64,000 bases of DNA from Rhynchopus sp. YZ270_cl-10 (GCA_964035575.1 OZ037834.1:2046001-2110000); one strand, 5' to 3'. Shown: positions 36,707 to 48,233, counted from the first letter of the stretch. A program made the numbers and translations. The notes: generated by a model from the letters alone, not told the origin.

Positions 36707-37735
36707 TGCACAATAGTGCTTTGCAATTCAAAACGAACTGGCGGGGACATTAGACACGTGTTGCGCCACAATTCTATTATAGGTGACTAAGCTTAGCTTA
36801 GCATCTTGGCAACTTATCTTTCTACTTTAAAAAACCTGCATCAAAGCGGGTCTATGTTTACAGACACACAAACAAACACACACAAAAAAATGGAGATTTT
36901 TTATCGTGGCGTAGAATCCTTTTCGTTTTACAGTAGAAAAAACGGAAGGATTTTTTGTGAAGGTGACTGAGTGAGGCTCAGGTTAATCTTACAAAACTTT
37001 TTGTATTTCCTCACCCTGCTTTTTTGAGAAACGTCAAGATGTACAACAACAACAACGCCCCACCCGCCTTTTTTTATGTTTCCATCAGGTTCATCGGGTC
37101 ATTTTATTCAGAACCTACCCTGCGTCCGCCTATGAATGGTATAGCGTTTTCATCACTTTTAAGGTATCTTTGTATTTCGCACTTTTTCACCTTCTCCTCA
37201 TTCCCTCACTTTGCTTACCTCCGGTCCATTATTAGTTATCCTCTTTGGTAGATGTCGCTCCTGCCTGCCGTTCTTTAGTTTTAGTGTGTTTAACGTCCAT
37301 CATTTGATAAGTCTTTGCGCTTATCTGTAAGTGAGAAGCTCACGGTGCCCCCACACCCATCATTTCGACGCAGTGAGATGTCCTTTGTCTCAGATCTAAA
37401 TGAGTTTCCAAGGCTAGATGCGATGCTCTGTTCTTGGCCCATCCTCATGGTCGGTATCGCCTCACTTCGTGACACAAAGGACTGCCTCCTTCGGTAGTCA
37501 GCAACCTCCACCTGGAGCGCAGGCCACATAGGTTGTTGTCGTTGTTCACTGTGTGGAGTTGGCTTGGGGTAATTCTTTAGGGTTAGCGAGGCGTCTGTTA
37601 ACCTATGTGAAAATCGGGCAGCTGTGGCGCGATTCCCGCGTCAGGTTCGTAGAGGTCCTCACCCCTCCCCTGCCCTCCCTTAGTCCCGTCACTGCACTGC
37701 ATTTAACACTTACTTGTACAGAAGGGGCTAATATC

Positions 37736-40700
37736 ATGTATGCCTTGGGTGCCTACACCGTCGTGGTGTGCATCGTGCTGACGTATGTGTCCCATGTAGA
37801 CGCAGCAGCGCTGTGCGATGGATACACCGGGACTGTGCTCGGTGGGGACTGCAAGGAGCAGTGGTGCCCGCACCCGCTGAACAATGTTGAGTACCCGAAG
37901 TGGCCGTATTGTGGACGTAAGCCGAACGACCCTGACACGAAGTATGCATGGATGACTGAGATCATCCCACCCCAGGACAAGCCGTACCACACCTGTGGTG
38001 CAGGGCGTGTCCTGCGTCACGACGCAGCAGGTCTTGTGTGCAGAATATACAACGACGACTGGTCTGCTGGCGAATGCTTCGATGGTGAGTGCTGCACAGG
38101 TGGTGTATGCACTGACATCACCTGTGGTGACGGCTGGACACTTCGTAGCGATGCAGCAGAGGTGTCGTGCTACTTCGGCTGTGACCAGCAGACGTGTTGT
38201 GAAGAGCCCACTGTGAAGAAGGTGCCCGGGCAGAACGCTGTCGGCATGCTCTTCAATGACAAAGATCCAGAGCGCTACGAATTTGGTGGAAAGGCAACCA
38301 TCCTGCGTGCCATCGACGAGTCTGACATCACACACTACCGTGTCTACTGGGGGTTTGCCATGGTCACACGCAAGGCGCCTTCGTGCATCCTTCGCCAGCC
38401 TGTTGGGTGGGAGACGTGGAAGTGGATGGACTCCTCAAAACTGTTCAAGGAATTCCCTAAGACTGGGTGTGATATCCAGTTCGAGATCCCAATGAACACC
38501 AAGGCACAGGACTGGGCGTTGTGTGACATCAGTTACGACAGAAAGGACATCTTCACGAGTGCAACAGACAAGTGCAACCCACATTACTTGATGGTTGTGT
38601 CTGTGAACGAGAACGGCGAAAAGCCTGTCACACGCCACCAGAGCGACCACATCGGGCCAGTGCTGGCGATTTCCGACTACGAAGCTGAGCTGGGTTACGC
38701 ATGTGCCGAGTCTGGCTTGGTGGGAGGACAGGATCTAATCAACATTGACGACGCACCTTTGGGTGTGCAGGGTGACTGCCCAAGTGCTGCTGAGTGCGCA
38801 AAGCGGTGCAGGGAGTACAGCGGAGAGAAGGGCCCCTGCAGGATCTTCACATGGGCGTACCCAACAGGTGGGCCGAACTCGAACACATGCTGGATGGAAT
38901 CCCAAGCAATCCACAAAGTGCACTACACAGTGCGTGTGTCAGGTCCCGCTGTGTGTCCATCGGCAGACGAGGCCACTGCACCACCCACTGGCCTTGAACG
39001 TCCCAAGTGCACAAGGTGGCGCAGGTACCAGAACAAAGTGACCTTCACCCCTGGTCAGCAGTGGGGTGTGTACACAGAGGGTATCAACTACATCGAGCGC
39101 CCACTTGGACAGTTCCAGAACTTTGAGACGTGCAAGTCGATCTGCGACATGGACGTGCTGTGCATTGGGTTCTACTGGCAGAAGAGTCTGCTGTGGAATG
39201 CTGGAGACCTGCGTCTGCTGAAGATGTGCAGAATGATGCGTATTGACTCAGGTGAACGCAACGAGCTTCTGGAGGTTGGCAGCATGTCAGTGCGGAACAT
39301 GGACAACCTGTTTGACACGTGGCTGTGCACACGTGCAACCATGGCACCTATGGTCATTGGTTACGTCTTCAAAGCAAACCCGTTCGGCTACCACACATGT
39401 GGAGCACAGACAGCGACGAGCCAGAAGGTGGTTGCCTCTGTCGACTGCTGTGCGACTGCGTGCGACGAGGACGCGAACTGCAAGGCGTTCACCTTCTGGA
39501 ACAAGGAAAAGAGGTGTGACCTGTTCGCAGCGTGCAGCATTGCGAAGGTGGACAAGGTGGCTGGGTGTGCCTACGAATCGTGCTTCGACGGGTACGGTGC
39601 CTCGACCTACATGAAGGAAACGACCCGCACGATTGAGATTGTGGACCGCTTCCCGCGTCAGGGGACGAAGGACGGGATCCCGATCAACGTGCAGACGAAC
39701 GGGATGATGGAAGGTGCTGAGGTTGTGTGTGGTGTGCGTTACTTGGACGATACACGTGACGAGCTGCCTGAGTCTGCTGAGCAGATGAAGGCGGATGCAA
39801 GCTTGAAGGATGTTGTGAAGTCTGCGTTTGTTGTGAACGACGTTGCGTCGATGGTGCTGACACAGGAGAAGGCGGGTGCACTGAAGGACGGGCTCAACTA
39901 CAAGGTGCGCTGTGCAGTGGTCGACAGGGCTAAGTACGCCGGCCTCCCAGCGTACATCGACACACCGCAGTCGTTCCAGCTGCAGGAGCCGAAGGGGTAC
40001 CAGTTCGTGCGCCACGGCAGGTGCATCGGTTACAAAGAGTGTGCACCGACTACAGACAAGGGCAGAGGTGTGTCTTACGACGACTGTCTTGCTTTCTCCA
40101 ATGCCGGTGCAGAGTTCACTGGATTCTCGTGGGGCTTCTCGGATGGGTGGTGCCGTCTGTACACAGTCTGCCCGCCTAATGGCGTTGCGAAGAACGACAT
40201 GAACTACTACTGCTGGAAGAAGACGGATGAGTGGGAGCTCCTGAACGACCCTGGCAAGGGTGTGTGCGACCAGGTGTGCCCTGTTGGTGACACATGCCAC
40301 ATGAGCCGCACGATGGGTGTGTGCGACCGCAATATTTACATCCCGCCACGTGAAACGTGCGCTGATGTGCTTGATGAGTGTGCAGGGACGAACCCCTGTG
40401 GTGATCAACAGAAGTGTGCAGACCCAAACACCGCTGGATCATCACTGAAGGACTACACATGCACTTGCATTAGTGACCCAGTCACTGTGAAAACTGGCGA
40501 ACCTGCTGTGTGCACTCTGGACGAATGCTTGCAGAAACCATGTGGAGCAGATCAGACCTGCACAGACCCTGACCAGAAGTTCAGTGCCACCTCTGGCTAC
40601 GTTTGCGCTTGCATCAACGATCCAACGAAAACACAGATTGCTGCCCAACCAACCTGTCCAAAGGATGAATGCTCAGGAACCAACCCCTGTGGTGATCAGC

Positions 40701-43700
40701 AGAACTGTGCAGACCCAAACACCGCTCCAACATCGCTGAAGGACTACACGTGCACTTGCATTAGTGACCCAGTAACTGTGAAAACTGGCGAACCTGCAGT
40801 TTGCACTCTGGACGAATGCTTGAAGACTCCTTGCGGCGGTGATCAGACGTGCACAGACCCTGACCAGAAGTTCAGTGTTACTTCGGACTATGTGTGCGCT
40901 TGCACTGCTGATCCAACGAATAAGAAAACGGGCGCCCAGCCAACCTGCGCGGATGACGAATGCTCTGGAACAAGCCCTTGCGGAGACAAGCAGACTTGCA
41001 CAGACCCAAATTCTTCCCCCACATCGCTGAAGGACTACACATGCGCTTGCATCAGCGACCCAACAACTGTTACCACTGGCAAACCTGCTGTGTGCACTCT
41101 GGACGAATGCTTGCAGAAACCTTGTGGAGCAGATCAGACCTGCACGGATGCTGACCAGAGGTTCAGTGCTCAGATGACCTACGAGTGTGCTTGCACTGCT
41201 GACACAACCATCAAGAGGACCAACGGTCAGCCAACGTGCGTGGTCGATGAATGTGCAGGAACAAGCCCTTGTGGAGACAAGCAGACCTGCACAGACCCCA
41301 ACACGTCTCCTACGTCAGTAAACGACTTCAACTGTGTCTGCATCAGTGACCCAACAACCAGCACAACTGGCAAAGTTGCTGTGTGTACTCTAGATGAATG
41401 CTTGCAGAAACCATGTGGAGCAGATCAGACCTGCACAGACCCTGACCAGAAGTTCAGTGTTCAGCTGGATTACGAATGTGCTTGCACTGCTGACCCAACC
41501 ATCAAGAGGACCAACGGTCAGCCAACTTGTGTCGTAGATGAATGTGCAGGAACAAACCCTTGTGGAGACAAGCAGACCTGCACAGACCCCAACACGTCTC
41601 CTACGTCAGTAAACGACTTCAACTGTGTCTGTATCAGCGACCCAACAACCAGCACAACTGGCAAACCTGCTGTGTGTACTCTGGACGAATGCTTGCAGAA
41701 ACCTTGTGGAGCAGATCAGACATGCACAGACCCTGACCAGAAGTTCAGTGTTCAGCTGGATTACGAATGTGCTTGCACTGCTGACCCAACCATCAAGAGG
41801 ACCAACGGTCAGCCAACCTGTGTGAACGACGAGTGTGCGGGAACAAACCCTTGTGGAGACAAGCAGACCTGCACAGATGCAAACACCTCCCCATCAGCAG
41901 TGAACGACTTCGAGTGCAAATGCACAGACGATGCCAATGTGCGGGCCACAGGCGCTCCCGCAGTGTGCGTCATTGATGAGTGCACAGCAGACCCTTGCGG
42001 TACCGACCAGACGTGCACCGACAAGAACACGAAGGCGCTGTCCACGTTTGACTACGAGTGTGTGTGCAAAACCGACACAGCGACGTCGAAGACTGGTGCC
42101 AAGGCTGTGTGCGTCATTGACGAATGCGCTGTGCAGCCGTGTGCGGGACAGACCTGCGCGGACCCCGACAAGGCTGCAAGCAAGTCAGGTGACTTTGAGT
42201 GCACATGCACCACAGGCACACTTGCCAAGGCAGTCGGCGTTGTTGCGGTGTGCGAAGTGGGCACTGTGGACGAGTGTGCCGCTAACCCCTCCCCCTGTGG
42301 GGCGGGGCAGACGTGCACGGACCCCACACTTGTTGCGGGGAAGTCTGATGACTACGTCTGCACCTGCCAAGTGGGCACCGGGACCGTTGTTGGGAAGCCT
42401 GCTACGTGTGTCGTGGACGAGTGTGCAGCGGACCCTTGCGGCAACGGGCAGGACTGCCTTGACAGCAACAAGCAGGCTGGCAGCACTGACTATGTGTGCA
42501 GCTGTCGTGCGCCCGCAACCGGGCAGAACACTGCGAAGCCTGCTGTGTGCGAGACGGACGAATGCCTCGCCAACCCGTGCACTGCTGGACAGACATGCAC
42601 CGAGACGTCTAAGACTATTCTCGGAGACTTCCGCTGCACCTGCGATGCTAACGGTGTCTCCGTGCGGGGCGGTGCTGCCACCTGTCTGCTGGACGAGTGT
42701 ACACCCAACCCATGCGGACCAGGCCAGAAGTGCCAGGACCCGGATGTCAACTACAACGCACAGCAGGACTTCATCTGCACCTGCGAGAACGATGAAAAGA
42801 GGACACAGCAAAACGGCTCAGCGCAATGCACCCTCGATGAATGCACACTGTACACATGCATTACTGGACAGACCTGCACCGACACCAACACAAGCATCGA
42901 AAGCCTCCAGGACTTTTACTGCAACTGCTCCAACGGCGTATCTGCCAAAGCTGAGAACGCTACCTGCGCCCTTGACGAATGTGCCTCCAACCCTTGCGGC
43001 GCTGGCCAGACCTGCAACGACCCTGACACACGCCCTACTGTCCAACACGACTTCATCTGCACCTGCGAAGACGACCTTGTCAGAACCCAGCAAAACGGCC
43101 CCGCACAATGCACCCTCGACGAATGCACACAATACTCATGCATTACTGGACAGACCTGCACCGACACCAACACAAGCATCGAAAGCCTCCAGGACTTCTA
43201 CTGCAACTGCTCCAACGGCGTTTCTGCCAAAGCTGAGAACGCTACCTGCGCCCTTGACGAATGTGCCTCCAACCCTTGCGACGCTGGCCAGACCTGCAAC
43301 GACCCTGACACACGCCCTACTGTCCAACACGACTTCATCTGCTCCTGCCCAGGCTCTGATATCACACAGCAGAACGGCCCTGCGACCTGCGGCGCATGCT
43401 CTGTCACACCCCCACCATGCGGCACGGAACAGACGTGCACCGCCACCTCCAACAGCTTCACATGCACCTGCCCCGGCGGAGCCTCCGCTACAGGCAGGCT
43501 TGCTGTCTGCGGCCTGGACGAATGCGCCACTACCCCCTCCCCTTGCGGGAGCCTCTTCTGCACGGACCCGAACACCAGCAACACTAGCCTTAACGATGTT
43601 CTGTGTTGCGACCTTGCTGCCACTTCGAACAAATGCCCCGACTCCGTGAGCCAGCTGGATGAGTGCACACCGGTCAACCCTTGCGGCGAACAACTCTGCA

Positions 43701-44068
43701 GGGACCCTAACGGGAATGCGGTTAAGGACTATGTGTGCAGCTGTGTGGAGAATGCTGCTGTCAATTCAACAGGGTCTCCGGCGGTGTGCGGCGATGTGGG
43801 GAACGCAGCGAGCGAGGAGGAGGACACTGCAGTGACGGAGGAGGTGTGGTTCTGGATGGTGATCCTCGCTGCGGCTCTGCTCCTCTGTGGCGCCCTCGGC
43901 GCGGCCGTCTTCATGCACACGAAGAAGCAGAACAACCGCCTCGCTATGAAGGACCTCCTCGACCTCGAAGAAGACATCGACGACGACACACCCATGTCGC
44001 CCTACTCCCTAGCAACCACCCCAGGCCCTTCTCCCGCATCCTCCCCTCCGCAGTCTTTCATGCTGTAA
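37736..44068 (+). CDS. Cys-rich type I membrane protein: same N-terminal ~880 aa as the 29176 paralog, then ~25 EGF-like repeats, TM helix and short tail (~2110 aa)
   Basis: Signal peptide. Long tracts identical to 29230-31800. Repeated DECxxxPCGxxQxCxD..YxCxC modules. TM VWFWMVILAAALLLCGALGAAVF followed by KKQNNR. Confidence 0.9.
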   Translation: MYALGAYTVVVCIVLTYVSHVDAAALCDGYTGTVLGGDCKEQWCPHPLNNVEYPKWPYCGRKPNDPDTKYAWMTEIIPPQDKPYHTCGAGRVLRHDAAGLVCRIYNDDWSAGECFDGECCTGGVCTDITCGDGWTLRSDAAEVSCYFGCDQQTCCEEPTVKKVPGQNAVGMLFNDKDPERYEFGGKATILRAIDESDITHYRVYWGFAMVTRKAPSCILRQPVGWETWKWMDSSKLFKEFPKTGCDIQFEIPMNTKAQDWALCDISYDRKDIFTSATDKCNPHYLMVVSVNENGEKPVTRHQSDHIGPVLAISDYEAELGYACAESGLVGGQDLINIDDAPLGVQGDCPSAAECAKRCREYSGEKGPCRIFTWAYPTGGPNSNTCWMESQAIHKVHYTVRVSGPAVCPSADEATAPPTGLERPKCTRWRRYQNKVTFTPGQQWGVYTEGINYIERPLGQFQNFETCKSICDMDVLCIGFYWQKSLLWNAGDLRLLKMCRMMRIDSGERNELLEVGSMSVRNMDNLFDTWLCTRATMAPMVIGYVFKANPFGYHTCGAQTATSQKVVASVDCCATACDEDANCKAFTFWNKEKRCDLFAACSIAKVDKVAGCAYESCFDGYGASTYMKETTRTIEIVDRFPRQGTKDGIPINVQTNGMMEGAEVVCGVRYLDDTRDELPESAEQMKADASLKDVVKSAFVVNDVASMVLTQEKAGALKDGLNYKVRCAVVDRAKYAGLPAYIDTPQSFQLQEPKGYQFVRHGRCIGYKECAPTTDKGRGVSYDDCLAFSNAGAEFTGFSWGFSDGWCRLYTVCPPNGVAKNDMNYYCWKKTDEWELLNDPGKGVCDQVCPVGDTCHMSRTMGVCDRNIYIPPRETCADVLDECAGTNPCGDQQKCADPNTAGSSLKDYTCTCISDPVTVKTGEPAVCTLDECLQKPCGADQTCTDPDQKFSATSGYVCACINDPTKTQIAAQPTCPKDECSGTNPCGDQQNCADPNTAPTSLKDYTCTCISDPVTVKTGEPAVCTLDECLKTPCGGDQTCTDPDQKFSVTSDYVCACTADPTNKKTGAQPTCADDECSGTSPCGDKQTCTDPNSSPTSLKDYTCACISDPTTVTTGKPAVCTLDECLQKPCGADQTCTDADQRFSAQMTYECACTADTTIKRTNGQPTCVVDECAGTSPCGDKQTCTDPNTSPTSVNDFNCVCISDPTTSTTGKVAVCTLDECLQKPCGADQTCTDPDQKFSVQLDYECACTADPTIKRTNGQPTCVVDECAGTNPCGDKQTCTDPNTSPTSVNDFNCVCISDPTTSTTGKPAVCTLDECLQKPCGADQTCTDPDQKFSVQLDYECACTADPTIKRTNGQPTCVNDECAGTNPCGDKQTCTDANTSPSAVNDFECKCTDDANVRATGAPAVCVIDECTADPCGTDQTCTDKNTKALSTFDYECVCKTDTATSKTGAKAVCVIDECAVQPCAGQTCADPDKAASKSGDFECTCTTGTLAKAVGVVAVCEVGTVDECAANPSPCGAGQTCTDPTLVAGKSDDYVCTCQVGTGTVVGKPATCVVDECAADPCGNGQDCLDSNKQAGSTDYVCSCRAPATGQNTAKPAVCETDECLANPCTAGQTCTETSKTILGDFRCTCDANGVSVRGGAATCLLDECTPNPCGPGQKCQDPDVNYNAQQDFICTCENDEKRTQQNGSAQCTLDECTLYTCITGQTCTDTNTSIESLQDFYCNCSNGVSAKAENATCALDECASNPCGAGQTCNDPDTRPTVQHDFICTCEDDLVRTQQNGPAQCTLDECTQYSCITGQTCTDTNTSIESLQDFYCNCSNGVSAKAENATCALDECASNPCDAGQTCNDPDTRPTVQHDFICSCPGSDITQQNGPATCGACSVTPPPCGTEQTCTATSNSFTCTCPGGASATGRLAVCGLDECATTPSPCGSLFCTDPNTSNTSLNDVLCCDLAATSNKCPDSVSQLDECTPVNPCGEQLCRDPNGNAVKDYVCSCVENAAVNSTGSPAVCGDVGNAASEEEDTAVTEEVWFWMVILAAALLLCGALGAAVFMHTKKQNNRLAMKDLLDLEEDIDDDTPMSPYSLATTPGPSPASSPPQSFML

Positions 44069-44588
44069 GTAAAAAAGAAGAGAAAAAAAAACGTTTTCTT
44101 AATATGGTGAAAATATTGTAGAGAGAGAGAGAGAGCGAAAAACAGAAGAAAAAATAAAAGAAATGGAAAAGTGGGACAACCTTTTCCGAAGAAAATTTGA
44201 GAACGTAAGAAAAAAAAGGGGGGGGAAAGGTGAGTGAGGTTTTTAAACGAACTGCTCATGGTTTCCAAAAAAGTTTTTTTTTTCCAACAGAAAGGGGTGA
44301 AATTGTTAGGTTATGAACAGATTATGGCACAAAATTCTTCTTTTTTTGTTTTTTTGTTTTTTTTTGGGGACCCCAGCCCTGGCAAATAGTAGACACCCTG
44401 CGCTGTCCTGCCAGGACACAAGGCTTTTTTTTTTTTTTTTTGACTTCTTTGCGTGATAAAATACCCCTCCCTCCCTTTCTGGTTGAAGCAATGCTTATGT
44501 TCCTGCTTCCACCCTCCCCTCGTGGTAACCGTGTTGCATACCCAATGAAGTGCTCTCTCTGGGGGTTTCAATATCCCGCGGGGAACCA

Positions 44589-44640
44589 GTGCCCCTGCGT
44601 CCGCCTGATGAACGGTGAGGCGTTTGCACTTTTCAACTTC
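44589..44640 (+). repeat. Representative of dispersed hairpin family B (gtgcctgcgtcc-loop-ggcgttttgcactttcaactt)
   Basis: Copies at 10595, 15560, 28578, 28830, 36188, 36330, 37118, 44589, 46940, 47144 and 63371, all in + orientation. Confidence 0.85.
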
Positions 44641-44814
44641 TCTTTTTATTAAAACATATTCTAGAGTCGTCCACAGCTATTTGTTGGCGGGGGTGTCTGC
44701 GTTAGCGACCATTTTACTATTAAGGTGAGGAGGGCTAATCTTTCCGTCACCCTCCTGACGTCCAGAGGGATTTAGGTAGTTTATAACCTTGGTGAACGGA
44801 TGCACCACCGCATG

Positions 44815-45032
44815 CACGACGGTGATGTAACGGGTGTTACAAGTGGAGTTACAAGTGAGTTACATGTAACTTTTGTTACATGTAACTCACTTGTAACTCA
44901 CTTGTAACCCACCAGTTACAACCTGATTTTGCCTGTAATTCATGTATCCCACTTGTAACTCACTTGTAACGGTTTTTCACTTGTAACGTTACAAGTAACT
45001 TCACTTGTAATGTACTGTACATCACCGTCGTG
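44815..45032. mobile_element. CACG-ended MITE with ttacaag repeats and 2-bp TG TSD
   Basis: TIR cacgacggtgatgta / tacatcaccgtcgtg with tg on both sides. Removing it restores gcatggttgggtgtccac, matching uninterrupted family E copies at 48234 and 56381. Confidence 0.85.
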
Positions 45033-45827
45033 TGGTTGGGTGTCCACCCCCCCCCCCCCGGTACAGCCGGTCATACCAAAGGTACACCGTTCACGAGAGG
45101 GCTTTTGTATTGCAAAGTTTTTGGTGACTAAGCAGAGGCTTAGGTTCATCAATTTTTTTTCTTTGTGTTTGAAGGAGGAAAATAGAAAAGCATTTTTTTT
45201 TTTTGAACACACTTTGTGGTTCTGGGGACCCCGCTGAACCACGCCTCACCAAACAGGTCGAGGTGTGTGCGTTTCACCACAACCCTCTCTCCTTTGGTTT
45301 TTTGTGTGATGAGTGTTAAGTTTCTATTTTTTTTATGATGGTGTGCAAACGTGCATTCTTTATTCATTCTCCCCCCTTTAAGGTTCGTACATCGCTTTGG
45401 TTAAGGATCTAAAAAGCTAAACAAACGCAAATACAAAATAGCAAAAACAAAGAGTACAAGCTATAACAAAAACATTTTCAAACTCCCCCTTTAAGGTGCC
45501 GTACTAGAGCTTCAGGGTCATCTTATAAAGTATTTTTTTTTTCTCTTGCTTTGCTTTTGTTGGAAGAGGAATAGAAATATCGCCAAATCCTTTCCGGTTT
45601 CTTTTTTTTTGTAATTCTTTTCAAAGGTATCTTTGGTCGTTCTTTGACTTACCTTACTTCTTTCCTGTATGATTCATGATTTTTTGTTTTGTTTTTTTTT
45701 GAAAATATCCCGCCGGACGTTTCAGTTTTTTATTTTCGCAGTTTTCGATGAGTTTTATTAGTGCACAAGAAGCACATTTTCATCAAGTTTTCTTATAAGG
45801 TGATTTAGTACGAGAGTCTTTCGTGGT

Positions 45828-46135
45828 TCGCTCAGATCCCACAAAGGGTGTAGGTTCATCCAGCAGGACGGTGGCCATGGAAGTCGGCATCCGATAAATG
45901 AGTGTGTAACAAAGCACCTGCCGAATGAAGTTATCCCGAAAAATGGATGGTGCTCAAGCGACCCACCCATAGTCGGCCGTGCTCCGGTATTGAAAAGCCG
46001 TGGCATGCGTAGGAGTGCGTGACCCACGCCGCGAAGGAGTTGGCGTGAGCCTCTCTGGAGCGTAGGGTGATTGTGCAGATCTTGGTTGTAGTAGCGAATA
46101 TTCAATGGAGAACATTGAAGGCCGAAGTGGAGAAG
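45828..46135 (+). pseudogene. Decayed fragment of eukaryotic 28S (LSU) rRNA
   Basis: Contains cagcaggacggtggccatggaagtcgg..gagtgtgtaacaa..cacctgccgaatg, aaaatggatggtgct and gcagatcttggttgtagtagcgaatattcaa..ggccgaagtggagaag. These are conserved LSU core segments, with changes and no flanking rDNA. Confidence 0.85.
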
Positions 46136-46234
46136 TGGAGCTGTGTTGTCATGCGTAAAAGAGTGCATGATCCCACAGGATGCGAATCTGTTCTCGTTGA
46201 TCGTCTTATTCCCATTTTTCTCTCTCTCTCTTTT

Positions 46235-46265
46235 AAGGTGACTAAGCATGTCTTAGGTTCATCTT
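46235..46265 (+). repeat. Representative of dispersed hairpin family A (aaggtgactaagc-loop-gcttaggttcatctt)
   Basis: Copies at 7725, 26079, 28769, 36781, 36960, 45123, 45493, 46235, 46497, 52335 and 63544, all in + orientation. Confidence 0.85.
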
Positions 46266-47495
46266 ATAAACTTTTTTTTTTTTTGGGTTGCACAGTTAGG
46301 AACAGGAATGGTTTTATTATATCGCCTCCCCCCCGGTTCCTACGGTACACACACGGTAAACTCTCTAAGGGAAACTTAAAAAGAGGTCGAACGGGAGAAG
46401 GGAGTACCAACTCCTCCCCCCCATTTTTCGGAACTCCGGAATAAAGTCGCCCTTTTTCCAGAGTCTACCGTGCAGGAAACACCACAGTTTCTTGAGAAGG
46501 TGACTAAACCGCGAGGCTTAGGATCATCTTACTATTCAACCTTTTATTGTGTTTTTTTTCTTCTTCTTCTTCCTTCATCCTCCTGCGAAGAGAGAGTACA
46601 AAAAAAAAATGAGATTTTTTTTTTTTGTACCGAGTACGTTGTTCAACTTCTATTTTTTTCTCCCTCTTCTTTTCTGATGGTGGGGGGGGGGATCGATCGA
46701 GAAGGAGATTTGCTGCAATTTTGGAGGTCTAGGTTTATTATGTGCATCTGCTGGCGATTATTTTTTTTTGTCACTGCAAGTAGGTTGTTTAGTCAACCCG
46801 TAGAATAAAAAAAAAAACCCCCCCGGGAGGATATTTCCGGCGTATTTTCTTGTATTTTTCTATGAAAAAGAGAAAAGGGTGTGTGTCTTCCTACTCTTTC
46901 ACCTGTTTAGTTTTAGTTTTTAAATGTGAAGAGTAAGTACGATGAACGGTGAGGTGTTTGCACTTTCAACTTCTATTTTATAAACTAATATTTGCCCCCC
47001 AAAAAAAAACTTCACTTTCTCTGTACAAAGAGAAGGCAGGTGTCATCTTATAAGTTTTCTTCCAAAAATATATTATATTTTGCACGTGGAGACGTGGACC
47101 CTCTCTTTTTTAGTTTTTTTTTTGTTTTAAATGTGGAGAGTCAGTGCCTTCCTTCGTCCCAGAGACGTGCACGATCCAACTTCATTTTTTTTTCCCGCTT
47201 AGTAACTGAGCACGAAAGGTTTTCTTCATCTTATTCAAACGTTTTTTCTTTTCCCCAAAATGGAAAAAGGACGGCAACGACACTTATTCGAACCATTCTT
47301 CTTCGGGCGCCAACTCTAGCACAACCCTGAAGGGTGCAGAGAGGCACGTGAACAATGTACACATCTGTCCATTTTTGTACCACATAGTTGCCTTTCCAAG
47401 CCGAAGGGGGCAACCAAGGTAACACCACTCCAAACGAAAGGTATTGGGTGGAAAATGCGTACCCTTCACCCTGAACACCGCAAAAAAAAAGGTAA

Positions 47496-48160
47496 GGGCA
47501 CGGTAATTTTTATTTTTGGTAAGCGTCTGCGTGCGTACTTTTTTTTTGAGATTCCAGGGAAAAAAATTATGTAGAAAAAAAAATTATAAAGGGGGTCCTC
47601 AATAACTCAACTATGTATTTTAGGTAAAAAATGTACATTTTTCAGCGCAAATTGACCCCATCACAGCACACACAGACTCCCGAGAGCCGAAATCAAAAAA
47701 AATTTCCCCCGATTTTTTGCGGGCAAAAATTGGTGGGAAAATATTTTTGGTACCTGTATTTCCCCCACTGTAATTTTCCCCTATAATTTTTTTCACCACT
47801 CATAATTTTTTTTACTGCATAATTTTTTTTGGCCTTAAAGAGGTTTCCTCTTCACTGCCAGGTAGTCAGTGGGAGCGTATTGCAGTAATGAAAATATCAC
47901 CACAGAATATTTATTACACACTTTACGCACAAACAAAAAATTATGGCAGTGCGTTTCCCCGCCCGAAGCGAGTTGAGGTGCCAAGACACCGATTGGCCAA
48001 ACATCCCCGAACTGATCGCCGGATCATCTCACTTCACTTCCTTCCAGACTATCCAAGGTTGCGTCTTCGCTCATTGCCAGGATCATGACAATTCTACCAT
48101 CTGCGTACTTTTTTTTGAGAAGTGGTCTGACGCTTACCAAGAAAAAAAATTACCGTGCCC
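47496..48160. mobile_element. PIF/Harbinger-like non-autonomous element (TAA TSD)
   Basis: TIR gggcacggtaattttt..ttggtaagcgtc with its reverse complement ending at 48160. taa at 47493-95 and 48161-63. Internal ~105 bp (47837-47940) recurs at 26748-26855. Confidence 0.85.
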
Positions 48161-48233
48161 TAACAAAAATAAGGTGAAACCTTGTTCTGGCACGGCGCCT
48201 ACACAAATACTATATCAGATGTAACCACGAAAT

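Noticed and set aside
45058..45070. ccggtacagccgg in family E resembling a twister ribozyme P4 loop
   Set aside because: The other conserved twister segments and pseudoknot partners are not visible.
47871..47890. tattgcagta matching the U2 snRNA loop IV (also near 26792)
   Set aside because: No other U2 features, and it lies inside a transposon.
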